Notes under the pieces: generated by a model
The model's input: the letters and a program-made list of their open reading frames with translations, nothing else
The model's database searches: none
Told to the model about the DNA's origin: nothing
In this document: positions 1 to 10,800 of the stretch, in pieces
Layout of the letters: each line of letters begins with the position of its first letter
Numbering within the stretch: the stretch's first letter is position 1
NCBI GenBank assembly: GCA_013178415.1
Contig: JABLXA010000003.1
Location: 815 to 64,814 of the forward strand
Direction: 5' to 3'
DNA from: Bacillota bacterium
Lineage (GTDB): Bacteria; Bacillota; SHA-98; Ch115
DNA: 64,000 nucleotides
Position numbers and translations under genes: made by a program

Positions 1-677
1 TCCTTTTTCCCCGTATCAAGCCACCAACCATCGAGCACCCTGGCCCGGACCGGATCCCCATTCTGCAATAAGTATTCGATAGCATCAGTGATCTCGAGTT
101 CACCGCGCCAGGACGGCTTTATTGCATCAATAGCCTTGTGAATAGCAGAGGAGAATACATATGTCCCCACAAGTGCGAGGTTACTTGGAGGCTCCTTCGG
201 CTTTTCAACCAGCCGGACGACTTCCCCGCCTCCATTGACAACAGCAACCCCAAATTGCCGCGGATCAGGGACTTCCTTCAATAATATCATTGCGGCACAC
301 TGCCATCTGAGGAATTCCTCCAGGAGAGATGTAACCCCGCCCTGTATCAGGTTGTCCCCCAAAAACATGAGAAAACTTGAATCGCCCAGGAATCTCCTGG
401 CCGTTTTAACCGCATGAGCCAGGCCCCCCGGTTTGTCCTGAAGAATGTAGGTGATGCTGGCTCCCCATCTGGAGCCATCTCCCACTGCCTCCCGCACAGA
501 GTCCCCGGTCTCAGGCGAGATGATGATGCCAATGTCGCTAAGGCCTGCGGCAACTACCTGCTCCACCACAAAGTGGATGATAGGCCTGTTTGCGACAGGG
601 ATCAATTGCTTAGCTGTTGTGTAAGTGAGGGGGCGAAGCCTGGTTCCCTTGCCGCCTGAGAGAATAAGGGCTTTCAT
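1..677 (-). CDS. rfbA: glucose-1-phosphate thymidylyltransferase (RmlA/RfbA), C-terminus runs off window start
   Basis: Manual reverse translation from ATG at 677: [36 protein letters not shown]...LGDNL...[13 protein letters not shown], the classic RmlA G-x-G-T-R-L signature. Not in the ORF track because there is no stop inside the window. Confidence 0.85.
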   Translation of the reverse strand, partial: MKALILSGGKGTRLRPLTYTTAKQLIPVANRPIIHFVVEQVVAAGLSDIGIIISPETGDSVREAVGDGSRWGASITYILQDKPGGLAHAVKTARRFLGDSSFLMFLGDNLIQGGVTSLLEEFLRWQCAAMILLKEVPDPRQFGVAVVNGGGEVVRLVEKPKEPPSNLALVGTYVFSSAIHKAIDAIKPSWRGELEITDAIEYLLQNGDPVRARVLDGWWLDTGKK

Positions 678-763
678 CTTATCTCCCTTTCCCATGATTA
701 TGCCATCCCCTCGCGCCCCACATTTCCTGCACACCGCACCTGCCAGCCTGTATCACGCCAAAA

Positions 764-2032
764 TTACCCTCCAGTAGTCGCTCCATTAAGGCCATTTGCG
801 CTCTTCATAGCAATGTCAAGATTCTCTCGGACCCCGGGGCACTGGGGATCAAGCTGTAAGGCCCGCTTAAAGTATTCCAATGCCTCATTTTGTCTTCCCA
901 ATTGGAATTTGCAGATCCCTGTCAAATTTAGCCTTTCGGCATCCATTTCTGTTTCAGAAAACTTACCCCACCACTCAAGGGCTCCTTCGAAGTCTCCCTG
1001 AGACATAGCTATAAGTGCCATATTATGCCATGCATTTCTATTGGTAGGCTCAAGATCAAGAGCTCTGACTACGGTCACGTAAGATTCTTCAATCCTGGAA
1101 AGGCTGAACAGCCTTACAGATTCCTGGAGCAATGACTGGCTTGTCCATTCAGAAACTAGCGGAAAGTAATGTTTCATAGGATCAAAAGGCCGCATCAAGA
1201 CTGGCAGCGGGTTATACCCATTTGGGCCCATCTCAATGTCCCATTTCTTCCTGAATATCCAGGCATTTTCCCGCATGAGGTTCCCGTAGTCAATCCCCAT
1301 ACCTTTGAATGTTGCGCTTCCATAATGATGAATAAATACATCTCGGGCGATAATAATCTGGAATCCTGCTATCCCTGCACGAAGACAGAAATCATCATCC
1401 TCGAAATTCCCTGTTCCGAAGGTGATATCGAAGCCTCCAATTCTATCTATCACTTCACGTCTTATGAGCATGCAAAACCCTATGATCCGTGCAGTCCGCT
1501 GAGCTAAACCGGAATACCTGAATGAATGGGCCTGTGCATATTCGTCTAGCTTGGCTACGTTATACTCGGGATCTATTATCCGCTGGATGCCTGCCACGAA
1601 ATTGCTTACCGGACCGACAAGGCCGACCCTTTCGTCTCGATTCATACATTCTAGCATTCGTTTGAGCCATCCAGGGGTCACAAGAACGTCATTATTGAGA
1701 AGAAGAATATAATCGCCGCGCGCAGCCTTGATCCCCTGATTTACAGCAGCTGCGAAACCGAGGTTTTTTTCATTGGCTATGATGTTTATGTTATCGTGGT
1801 TTGCGGCAAGGCTATTTAGATAATCTAATGTGCCATCTGTAGAGCCATTGTCTATGAAAATAAGCTCAAAGCTCTCGGGAGTATGCCGCAGGATGGTATC
1901 GACGCACTGAGCCGTATATTCAAGCTGATTATGGCAAAGGATTATTATGCTGGTGAGGCCCGGATCTAAGTTTGCGCCATTTCTAGAAGGACGAGGAATC
2001 TCCTTACCAGTCGTCTGATCCAATTTGCCCAC
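764..2032 (-). CDS. family-2 glycosyltransferase with C-terminal TPR repeats (GTG start)
   Basis: IILCHNQLEYTAQCVDTILRHTPESFELIFIDNGSTDGTLDYL is a GT2 (GT-A) motif with DxD. The C-terminus has TPR-like repeats (AWHNMALIAMSQGDFEGALEWW...). Confidence 0.8.
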   Translation of the reverse strand: MGKLDQTTGKEIPRPSRNGANLDPGLTSIIILCHNQLEYTAQCVDTILRHTPESFELIFIDNGSTDGTLDYLNSLAANHDNINIIANEKNLGFAAAVNQGIKAARGDYILLLNNDVLVTPGWLKRMLECMNRDERVGLVGPVSNFVAGIQRIIDPEYNVAKLDEYAQAHSFRYSGLAQRTARIIGFCMLIRREVIDRIGGFDITFGTGNFEDDDFCLRAGIAGFQIIIARDVFIHHYGSATFKGMGIDYGNLMRENAWIFRKKWDIEMGPNGYNPLPVLMRPFDPMKHYFPLVSEWTSQSLLQESVRLFSLSRIEESYVTVVRALDLEPTNRNAWHNMALIAMSQGDFEGALEWWGKFSETEMDAERLNLTGICKFQLGRQNEALEYFKRALQLDPQCPGVRENLDIAMKSANGLNGATTGG

Positions 2033-2441
2033 ACTGCCCTCCTGCCCAAATGCTGATCACACTCGGGATTTCAGATGCTCAAAAGGAGTGTATCTGCGCC
2101 TCCACCTGCATGAGCCCCTATTTATGATCTAGCACATTCCGTGCCAGTAATTTGTCGAGAATGCGTTTACGGATTGAAAAGAGCAGCAGTCGGCCAAAGT
2201 CGATTGCGGCTATACATTGACGGGCATTATATAGGGACTGAACATCCCATTCGCCGGCGTCGTAACCCTCAGAACAACATAGCGCATGGCACAGTGAGCA
2301 ATTTCTTCACATCTTCACGGCATTAGCGCGGAAATCAGCGCCTATTGGCTATATCTGCCTAATATGCTAGCATATTCAGTAGAGCTAAAAGCTTTAGGTC
2401 CTGGATACCCGTAGACCCAGATACCAGTAGCTACGAAGGAA

Positions 2442-3623
2442 ATGATCGACAGAATGAAAGTCAAAACTATCCTCTGCAAATCTGCCCTCACCAAATCCGG
2501 CATCAGCGGCGTGGACTACGTCATAAATCCTTACACAGGTTGCGCCCATGCCTGCGTTTACTGTTATGCTGATTTCATGCGGCGATTTACCGGGCACGAG
2601 GGCGATGTGTGGGGGACTTTTGTAGATGTGAAGGCTAACATCGTCGAGCGGCTGAGAAGGGAGCTTATGGGGAGGGAAGGCCGGGAACCGGAAGAGCGGC
2701 AAAGTCTTTCGTTGCAATGCCTCCCGCTGCCACGTCTCTCACTGCATAAGATGGCGCTCCGCCAAGCCCGGGCCATGCGCTATACCGGCGAAGTTATGTT
2801 CTCCAGCGTAACCGATCCCTACCAGCCCTTGGAGGCCAAATGGAAGCTCACTAGAGGCTGCCTTGAGGTGCTTCTGGAGGCGGAGTCTATTGAGCTTACG
2901 GCGGGATTGGCTTGGGCAGAGGCAAAGCCGCAGCCGGGAGTCGCCGGGGTGGTGGCTCAGCCGGATGGCGCTGGGACGACGGCTTGGCCGGAGCTGGATA
3001 GGGTGATGATTCAGCCGGACGTCACCAGGCCGATGGATCAGGCAAAGGAGACCGCAAAAGAGTCACGGTCTGAGGCCACAGGGCCCAAGGCCGGCGGCCA
3101 GCCCAGGACAATTTCCATCCTCACCAAGTCCGACCTCGTGACGCGAGATATAGACATCCTGAGAGATTTCCGAGATTGCACCGTCGGCCTCACCATAACG
3201 ACGGCCCGCGATGATGTGGCAAGAATCTTTGAGCCTGGCGCGCCTCCGCCATCCAGGCGTTTTGCTGCCCTTGAGAAGCTCAATAAAGCCGGGATCAGGA
3301 CTTGGGTCTTTGTGGCGCCGGTATTGCCATTCTTCTCAGACCGACCTGAGGAAATGGAGCTATTATTCAAGGCTGTCGCGGCTGCTGGCACCCGGGAAAT
3401 ATCCATAGACAGCATGAATTTCTACCCATCTGTGAAATACCGTCTGAACCGCCTGTTCTCCCGCATTTCCCAAAATGGGAACCATACAGGCGGAGAGCAC
3501 GCATGCGCAATCGCTTATTTGAATAAGGCTATGCGTGATCAAGAGGCCTGGAGGATAGACATCAGGGCCAGCGCGCATGAGGCGGCAGCCAGGTGCGGAA
3601 TTCATGTAAAATTCGCCTTTTAA
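2442..3623 (+). CDS. radical SAM protein, SplB/DNA-photolyase-like (COG1533 family) with low-complexity insertions
   Basis: CAHACVYCYA CxxxCxxC motif near the N-terminus, plus TDPYQP and TKSDLVTRDIDIL motifs typical of SplB-like radical SAM enzymes. Confidence 0.65.
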   Translation: MIDRMKVKTILCKSALTKSGISGVDYVINPYTGCAHACVYCYADFMRRFTGHEGDVWGTFVDVKANIVERLRRELMGREGREPEERQSLSLQCLPLPRLSLHKMALRQARAMRYTGEVMFSSVTDPYQPLEAKWKLTRGCLEVLLEAESIELTAGLAWAEAKPQPGVAGVVAQPDGAGTTAWPELDRVMIQPDVTRPMDQAKETAKESRSEATGPKAGGQPRTISILTKSDLVTRDIDILRDFRDCTVGLTITTARDDVARIFEPGAPPPSRRFAALEKLNKAGIRTWVFVAPVLPFFSDRPEEMELLFKAVAAAGTREISIDSMNFYPSVKYRLNRLFSRISQNGNHTGGEHACAIAYLNKAMRDQEAWRIDIRASAHEAAARCGIHVKFAF

Positions 3624-3707
3624 ATGCAGGTTCCTTAATTCACGCCAATTCACTAGCGCGTTTCGGGGGTTGCTGATGCTCTGCCCCGGGGACGCCGCAC
3701 CTACTCT

Positions 3708-3779
3708 GAAAATAGCGGCACCCGCTTCGGGGGATTCTCATCCCTCTGATGGTGCTGCCATGGCGGCATGGGCGCCTCC
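3708..3779 (+). repeat. dispersed palindromic element family A, copy 1
   Basis: gaaaatagcggcacccgcttcggggg-attctcatccctctgatggtgctgccatggcggcatgggcgcctcc, near-identical to copies at 27.6, 29.6, 31.5 and 62.2 kb. Confidence 0.7.
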
Positions 3780-3931
3780 ATTGAAGTTTGGCGCGAGGGA
3801 TTCACCAGCTTTCAAAGGCCCGTCACGCAAGCGCCGGCGCCGGCAGCCCTTAAGACCGGCCACCCCTAAAACCGGCGGTCCTTCAAATTGAAAGGGCCGG
3901 GCTACGTACCGGAATAGTCGGCGGCAGGCCA

Positions 3932-4762
3932 TCATTGCCTGAGGAAGTTAACGAGCACCTTCCACTCCGGAAGAACATCCAGGGCGCTCTCTGGATTACT
4001 AATAATCCAGTCCCTGATACGCTCCCGGAATCGACCAGCATCTACACCATAAATCCGATTAAGCGCCGGTCCCAGAGCATAAAGGATGTCCTTCCCAGAG
4101 AACCAGACCAGGATATTCTCCCAGTTGGCACAGAAATCCTCGGTAAACTCAGCTATTTTACTTTCGAGTGAGCATGCTGATGTATGTGGCGATAAGGACT
4201 CGCTCACACGGTTCATGTATTCTGCTATGCACCCCAACGCCCATTCACCACATTGAATCTGATTTAACCAGGACGGTATTCCTAACTCGCGACCCTCCAG
4301 TTCAATAGGGCGGGTCTTGAGCTCATAGTGGGGAGGCAAAGTACGCCTTGCCATTCCAATAGTCCAACGCGCTGCCTCATAGAACCGGATCCTGAGAGCT
4401 GCCTCAATAAGGGCTGCTTCATAATCCTGACGCGCACCTGATGGCCAAATGAGAGCGATGAGGGCAGGGTCCAGGAGATAGTTCTCGATTTCATGCCGAC
4501 TCCAGTACCATCCCAGAGGCTCGGGAAAACGACCGTCCCTGATCTCGCCGGGCATATGATCCTGGTTAGGAGCAGGGTCAAAGTCGAAATCGCGATCGCG
4601 GACAAATGCTACACGCTGTCCAGTTCGTTTCCATTCTTGAACGGCAATGGGCTTGAGGGAGTATTTCGAACCCCGCGCCTCTACCGGAGGGGTGCCTTTC
4701 AGGATAGCGCCAAGGATATTAGCATCAAGATTACCCTCAACCAGAAGGAGGTTTACAGGCAT
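3932..4762 (-). CDS. DUF4435/OLD-type Toprim-like protein (AriB-like putative nuclease effector)
   Basis: N-terminal LLLVEGNLD (Toprim glutamate), RDRDFDFD (DxD), downstream HEIENYLLDP. Overlaps the upstream ATPase gene by 10 nt. Confidence 0.55.
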   Translation of the reverse strand: MPVNLLLVEGNLDANILGAILKGTPPVEARGSKYSLKPIAVQEWKRTGQRVAFVRDRDFDFDPAPNQDHMPGEIRDGRFPEPLGWYWSRHEIENYLLDPALIALIWPSGARQDYEAALIEAALRIRFYEAARWTIGMARRTLPPHYELKTRPIELEGRELGIPSWLNQIQCGEWALGCIAEYMNRVSESLSPHTSACSLESKIAEFTEDFCANWENILVWFSGKDILYALGPALNRIYGVDAGRFRERIRDWIISNPESALDVLPEWKVLVNFLRQ

Positions 4763-5859
4763 AGTCGTCCCCCCTTAAGGCGCATCTTCGAAGTCTCCGG
4801 GACAATATCGTCCAGATATTTCGAATGGGTCGTCACGATAAACTGGCAATCAGGCGCCAGTCTAGGGAGATTGCCATACAACGCCTGCTGTTCTGGGGGA
4901 TGTAGATGAAGCTCTAATTCATCTAAAAGAACTATGGATTTCACGATCTCAAGCCGTGTCATCTCATAGGCTAATGGAAAAACCGCCTGTTCCCCTGACG
5001 ACATCTCGGCAATGTCGTATGGGATGCTACAACCTTCGCGCTCAACCAGCACCAGGAAGTCAGAAGGGCCTGGAGCCTCAATTCCTTTTCTGGGTTCCGT
5101 TCCTACGAATCGGAAGCCTGGAAAAACCCGCTCCATGCGCTGCTGAAGCAAATGGATGTAGTCTCGTCCGCCAGGATCTGATCCTGGCCACGCCTTCCTC
5201 GTAAGGTGATAACTCCACCATACAACGAGATACGAACGGAGTTGCTCCACCCCCGCCGACCATGCGCCTGGTTTGGCTATTCCATTAAGATCAGGGTCGG
5301 TCGAAAGAGTGCCCAGATTCCTGAACTGATCAAACCAGAAGACATCCCCAACTCGTGCAAAGTCGCTGCGGAGGTCGGGCTTGATACGCTGAACACGCTT
5401 TAGATAGTACCGGCCGAGGAACTGCATTTTTGCCGCCGGCCCTTGCCGTGCCGTTACTTCGCCCCGGCTATACTGCAAAGTGACAGTCTTCGATTCCCCC
5501 GGGGGAATCCAACCGCGGGTTTCTTCTTTCGGAATCGCACTTTTACATTCCTCGTAGAGTCTGCGAGTCACAAGGATCTCATCATCGTCAAAGCCCACCT
5601 CTAGCTCGATGCGAGTCGGCCCAAGCGAATTCATTCGCTCAGGGATAAAACCATACCAGGGGAAGCTCTCAGGGTCTTTAACATGCCGCGTTGCTATCCC
5701 CAGAGTAAGCGCAATTGCCTGAAGCAGGGTTGTTTTCCCGGACCCGTTATCGCCCAGGATTAGAAGCCTGTCGCGGACCGATCCCTGTGCATCGCGAAAA
5801 TCCAGATCCAGCTCTCGCAGACCTTTAAACCGTTCTATATGTGCGCGTAGTAGCCTCAC
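4753..5859 (-). CDS. AAA_21/ABC-type ATPase (AriA-like)
   Basis: Walker A LILGDNGSGKTTLLQAI, signature-like EMSSGEQ, Walker B/D-loop IVLLDELELHLHP. Confidence 0.7.
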   Translation of the reverse strand: MRLLRAHIERFKGLRELDLDFRDAQGSVRDRLLILGDNGSGKTTLLQAIALTLGIATRHVKDPESFPWYGFIPERMNSLGPTRIELEVGFDDDEILVTRRLYEECKSAIPKEETRGWIPPGESKTVTLQYSRGEVTARQGPAAKMQFLGRYYLKRVQRIKPDLRSDFARVGDVFWFDQFRNLGTLSTDPDLNGIAKPGAWSAGVEQLRSYLVVWWSYHLTRKAWPGSDPGGRDYIHLLQQRMERVFPGFRFVGTEPRKGIEAPGPSDFLVLVEREGCSIPYDIAEMSSGEQAVFPLAYEMTRLEIVKSIVLLDELELHLHPPEQQALYGNLPRLAPDCQFIVTTHSKYLDDIVPETSKMRLKGGRLCL

Positions 5860-6159
5860 TCCCAGTTCACCCCTTCTCCTTCAAGGTGATTCCGCATGGA
5901 TCCCAGGCTATCACAAGCCAAATCTGTCATGCCGACTTCTGATGGCCTATTGAGGGGCAAGAGGGGCAGCAGCCTATTTTTACAGTATGGCAGAATCATC
6001 CACAACCACGCATCACGCCCCGCACCAGAGGACCTACACTCATTATATATTAGATTCGCGTACTGGCACAAGCAGGAAGTTCATCACTTCATCATTTCAC
6101 CATCCGCTCCTAATATGATAGAATCTCCTTGAACTCTTCTGCGAACGGGGGGAATTACC

Positions 6160-6699
6160 ATGGAACTCGTGGTTAACGGGACTCTACTCCGCTTCATTCG
6201 AGGAGACATAACCGCACAGGAGACCGACGCCATAGTCAATGCCGCCAATTCAAGCCTTATGGGTGGCGGCGGGGTGGATGGGGCGATACATAGAGCTGGT
6301 GGGCCGCAGATCCTTGAGGAATGCAAAAAGATCCGCCGGGAGAAGGGGCCTTGCCCGCCTGGAGAGGCGGTCATAACAACAGGAGGAATGCTCAAAGCCC
6401 GGTATGTGATTCATACTGTCGGCCCGATCTGGCAGGGCGGGGATCGCGGAGAGGATCAAATTCTCGCCAGTGCATACCGGAATAGCCTGAAGCTGGCAAA
6501 GGGCCATGGGATACGCACCATCTCATTTCCTTCAATCAGCACAGGGGCCTACCGTTTTCCAATAGAACGGGCCGCCAGGATAGCTCTCACCACCGTAAGG
6601 GAATTCCTGGCCGCTGAAGACGGGTTCGACGAAGTGCGATTCGTCCTGTTCAGCGATGCAGATTTAAGGGTTTATGAAGAAACGGCAACCGCGGAATAG
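6160..6699 (+). CDS. macro domain protein (O-acetyl-ADP-ribose deacetylase, YmdB-like)
   Basis: [34 protein letters not shown], canonical macro domain motifs; 179 aa. Confidence 0.85.
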   Translation: MELVVNGTLLRFIRGDITAQETDAIVNAANSSLMGGGGVDGAIHRAGGPQILEECKKIRREKGPCPPGEAVITTGGMLKARYVIHTVGPIWQGGDRGEDQILASAYRNSLKLAKGHGIRTISFPSISTGAYRFPIERAARIALTTVREFLAAEDGFDEVRFVLFSDADLRVYEETATAE

Positions 6700-6843
6700 G
6701 ACCGGGGCAACGGGATGTGCCTTACACCCGCCCCGCCAGCTACATCTGCCGCGCCAACTACACCCGTCCCGCCAGCCATTAAAATTCGAGTGAGTCGGCG
6801 GACAGGAGCTTTGACAGGCTTCTGGCCTGCGCTCCCCCAAACA

Positions 6844-6886
6844 TTGACTGATATGTCCGCTATGTTCATAATATATCTGAGAGGTG
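6844..6886 (+). promoter_or_regulatory. putative sigma-70-type promoter, palindromic operator-like box and RBS of the vapBC-1 cassette
   Basis: TTGACT - 17 bp - CATAAT, then gaggtg RBS 7 nt before ATG 6894. The core atatgtccgc[t/c]at[g/a]ttcataatata recurs at 12839-12865. Confidence 0.5.
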
Positions 6887-6893
6887 ATGGAAT

Positions 6894-7133
6894 ATGCCCG
6901 TGGTCCGAATTGGCAAACGTGGGACCATGATACTGCCTGCCGGCATTCGCCATAAAATGGATATCCGACAGGGGGATGAAATGCTTGTCGAAATGGATGA
7001 GCGGGGGACCCTTCACATGATGAAAAAGCCCAAGGATTTTGCAGCCGCGCTCCGTAACTTGCACAAGGACATATGGGAGGGAATAGACCCTATTCAGTAT
7101 GTGAGAGAGGAACGGGCTTCATGGGAAAAGTAG
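6894..7133 (+). CDS. vapB: AbrB/MazE (SpoVT-AbrB) family antitoxin
   Basis: MPVVRIGKRGTMILPAGIRHKMDIRQGDEMLVEMDE, a swapped-hairpin AbrB fold signature. Overlaps the downstream PIN gene. Confidence 0.7.
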   Translation: MPVVRIGKRGTMILPAGIRHKMDIRQGDEMLVEMDERGTLHMMKKPKDFAAALRNLHKDIWEGIDPIQYVREERASWEK

Positions 7134-7576
7134 CCGGCTTACTCGAGAACTGCAGGTACATCGGAATCGATACTAATTGCTTTATTTTTCAGTTCGATAG
7201 TGACCATTATCCCCAGCAAGCTCCTCTCGCTCAGGAGCTGTTCGAACTGGTACAATCCGGCAGGATAAAGGCAATCACTTCGCCAATAACAATTACCGAG
7301 ATTATGACCCTTCCGCGCCGACTGGGATTGGAAGATGTCGCATATCAGTATAAACTGCTCCTGATGAATTTCCCCAATCTCGAGATCCAGGACATCACTG
7401 CTGAGGTAGCAGACCGTGCGGCGTTTTTGCGGGGAGTTTATAATCTCAAGACGCCGGATGCTTTGCAGTGTGCCGCAGCACTCGTGGCGGGAGCAGATGC
7501 TCTTGTGACTTTTGACAGGGGTATGTCCAGGGTGCAACCGGCCCTCCAAGTAATAGTCCTGGATGTCGATCCATGA
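7121..7576 (+). CDS. vapC: PIN-domain toxin VapC
   Basis: IGIDTNCFIF at the start with later conserved acidic residues. Start trimmed to Met at 7121 (the track ORF starts at 7073) to give the typical TA overlap. Confidence 0.7.
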   Translation: MGKVAGLLENCRYIGIDTNCFIFQFDSDHYPQQAPLAQELFELVQSGRIKAITSPITITEIMTLPRRLGLEDVAYQYKLLLMNFPNLEIQDITAEVADRAAFLRGVYNLKTPDALQCAAALVAGADALVTFDRGMSRVQPALQVIVLDVDP

Positions 7577-7603
7577 TTCAGCTGTTCAGGTATGGAATAA
7601 ACA

Positions 7604-7654
7604 TGGCCGCTGAAGATGGATTTGACGAGGTGCGGTTCGCCCTGTTCAGCGATG
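7604..7654 (+). repeat. degenerate duplicate of the macro-domain gene 3' end (6609-6659)
   Basis: 51 nt with 45 identical; all 6 differences are transitions and the encoded [11 protein letters not shown](V/A)LFSDA is preserved. Confidence 0.75.
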
Positions 7655-7869
7655 CCCACTCCGCCGGCCGAATTCGACAGGCAAGAGATGCCGGGAGTAC
7701 CATTTACAGGATGGACAATCTATTGACGAACTCTGCACTTCCGCCAAATCTCCTTTTGTATCCTCTGGGTCGCTCGTCAGTAGACCACCTGGTACATAAT
7801 TCGGGATTTTACACATCTTGCCGCTCTCATTCCGATGTGTTATCTTCACCTTATGGATGGTGAGAATTC

Positions 7870-10800
7870 GTGATTTTGCACGGGACATGGATTCCTCTGC
7901 TGGGAAGAGGCGGTGCAGGCGGCGACAGCAACGTGGCGGCCCTCACGTCGCACAACATAAACTATTCAGACATAGAAGGATGTTTTTTTGTCTGGGGAGA
8001 GCGCTCTCCAGCTGCGACTGTCGATAGCCAGGGCGTGGCCGGGGCTTCCACTAACTCTTATGTGTTACATGGCCAGGCAGAGAAGTGGGACACAAGGGCT
8101 GGGACGGACACAAGGGGTGGGGATAAGGATTCATCGCGGTATCAGCCCCTTCGGTGCCATCCTTTCCAGGCCTCACGGAATGATTTGGTCGACGCGCTCC
8201 GGCACCTTGCCGGACTCAGGCTCCGTGACCTGGACGGCGCCGCGCGGAGGGCGCGCGTAGTGATGTTCCTGCCGTCAAGGGGCGAACGTCCCGAACCTTC
8301 CAATTCTTTTATCTTGGAATCGCCGCAGGATTCCATGAGCGCGGGCCAGCACGATCCCGCGGGCCAGAACGATCCTGGGGACCGGGATGATCCCGCAGGT
8401 CAGGATGATTCCGGAGAGGAATCTCGCGCGGGACAAGCTACCGCGGGAGGGGTTCCTTCAGGTGAAGTTGCCATGGGCCGGACGGCCGCCGAAAAGGCGA
8501 CCCTCGCTCCCTGGGAGGTCAGCGGAATCGCACTCCCCGCTTCCAGTGCGCTGAGATTCCTGGTTATCTTATCACAGAGTGATGGCATGAGTACTGGGCC
8601 TGGTGACGGTGGGCCTAGCGACGGCTGGCCTGGTGATGGCTGGGATGACGCCGCCGGCGACCTCGATAAGTCTCAGGTTTCAACCGGCCAGGATATAAGG
8701 TTTTGGAGCAAGGTGGCCAAGCTCGCCCTTGAGCTCATGGCGCGGGAAAGGTTTTCCCCCACAGTGGTCAGCGCGCAGTCAACCATCCTTAAACATGGTG
8801 CCGGTTCTGGTGACAGCATGGCGGCGGCCTGCCACGACGACGCTCCGGCCCCTGACGTCTCCGGCGTCCGTGGCATCCCCGGCCGCAGCGCCGGCAAAAG
8901 ATCGAAGCATCGCAGGGGCAATATCAGGAGCAACAAGAAGGATGCTACTGCCGCAGAGGACGAGACGAGATTTAGAGCCACCTGGCTTCCTGTCTTAAAT
9001 ACCGCTGGCGATGTGGAGCGTCTTCAATCACTTCAGGAGTCCATGCCAGCCATATGCAGGGCGATACCGGTCCTCGAGTCATCTGTCCCCGAAGCTCGCT
9101 CCTTGTTGATGAGCTTCCTGGACACATGTGTGGATGAGATGGTCCGGGAGTGGATTTCGACAGAGTCGCGCAAGGGTCATGAGGAATGGCGCAGGGATCA
9201 CGAAACCAATGCTCGCAGGATCGGGACCCGCGAGACCTATAAGGATGACTATTTCCTGAATAGGGAGCTGCGCAGGCATTTCCTGGATAAACCGAAAGCA
9301 AGGAAGGGCGGCACAGTAGCTGGCAACTGGCTCTCGGGTCTCACCTCTGATGAAGTGCTCCTCAAGGGGCCGACCCGGGAAATCAAGGAATTCTGCCGTG
9401 CGATTTCGGACTGGTCGCAGGAGATACGCGGGACCGGAGCCAGAGCGGCATTTCGGACCTGCTTCCGCCTGGAACCGCCGGCGGAGGCGGATGCTGAGAT
9501 GGGGGAAACGCCCGCGAAAGTGGGGGGAAGCGATTCGTCGCAGCCATCATCGCGTGCATCATCGCGGTCGTCCCCGCGGTCGTCGAAGGCTCCCGTAGAG
9601 CTTGATGGAGGGCTCTGGCACCTGCGGTTTCTCCTCCAGGCCGTGGATGACCCGAGCCTCCTGATCCCTGCGGAGAGGGTATGGCAGGAGCAAAAGCGAA
9701 CTCTGGAATTCATGAACCGCCGGTTTGAGAATCCGCAGGAAAGACTCCTTCACGACCTGGGCCGGGCTTCGCGGCTCTTTCCAAAGATAGAAGAGAGCCT
9801 CAAGACAGCCTGCCCTGAAGCGTGCCAACTTACGGTCCATGAGGCATACTCCTTCCTGCGGGACGTGGTCCCGGTCCTGGAAGAGAGCGGGTTTGGGGTA
9901 CTGGTCCCCGCCTGGTGGAATCCCAACGGTAACGGGCCGGCGCGCCTGGGCATCAGGCTGCGGCTCGTCAGTAAAGAGAAAAGAAAGACCAGCAGCCGGA
10001 AAGATACTGTGATCGCCAGCCAGGGCAACCTCGGTCTCGACAGCCTCATCAACTATGACTGGCAGGTTGCCCTCGGCGGGCAGGTGATGAGCCGGGAGGA
10101 ATTTGAGAGGCTTGCGGCGCTGAAGGTGCCCCTTGTCCGCATCAGGGGCGAATGGATCGAGCTGAGGACTGAGGACATCGAGGCCGCCATATGCTTTTGG
10201 GAAAACCGCGGGAAGGCCGGGCAGATGAGGGTCCGTGAGGCTCTTGCGCTGGCCCTTGCCGGTGATAACGGCAGCCACGGCTTGCCCGTGGTTGGGGTGG
10301 ATGCTGAGGGCCGTATCGCAGATCTCATCCAGCAGCTCAAGGACGGGGAAAAGGTTAGCGAGCTCCCTCAGCCTTCAGATTTGTCGGGTCAACTCAGGCC
10401 TTATCAGATAAGGGGCTATTCATGGCTTTCGTCCATGTCTCGTTGGGGGCTCGGAGCATGCCTTGCCGATGACATGGGACTCGGCAAGACCATACAGGTG
10501 ATCGCAATGCTGCTCCGCGCAAAAGAGGAAGGTCGCGCCCAGGGTCCGGCTCTGCTCATCTGCCCCACGTCTCTCGTGGGCAACTGGAGGCATGAGCTTG
10601 CCCGCTTCGGGCCTTCTCTCCGGGTGATGATTCATCATGGAGGAGGAAGGCTTACAGGATCAGAATTCGTGAAAGAAGCCATGGCAAACGATATAGTTCT
10701 CAGCACCTATACGCTTGCTCATCGCGACGAGAAGGACCTCTCCAAGGTGGAATGGGGCGCCATTATCCTCGATGAGGCGCAAAACATAAAGAATTCAGCC

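Noticed and set aside
1169-1507. 112-aa plus-strand ORF inside the GT2-TPR gene
   Set aside because: It is antisense to a well-supported glycosyltransferase ORF.
2141-2326. Small ORFs in the 400-bp gap between the GT2-TPR gene and the radical SAM gene
   Set aside because: They have no RBS or recognisable motif. The gap more likely holds divergent promoters.
6672-7064. 130-aa minus-strand ORF overlapping the vapB promoter and gene
   Set aside because: It is antisense to a TA operon with good promoter and RBS, and has no recognisable domain.
8142-10638. Multiple 60-240 aa minus-strand ORFs overlapping the SNF2 helicase gene
   Set aside because: They sit within a continuous 1319-aa ORF with clear helicase motifs, and their low-complexity Arg/Pro/Ser composition indicates frame artefacts.
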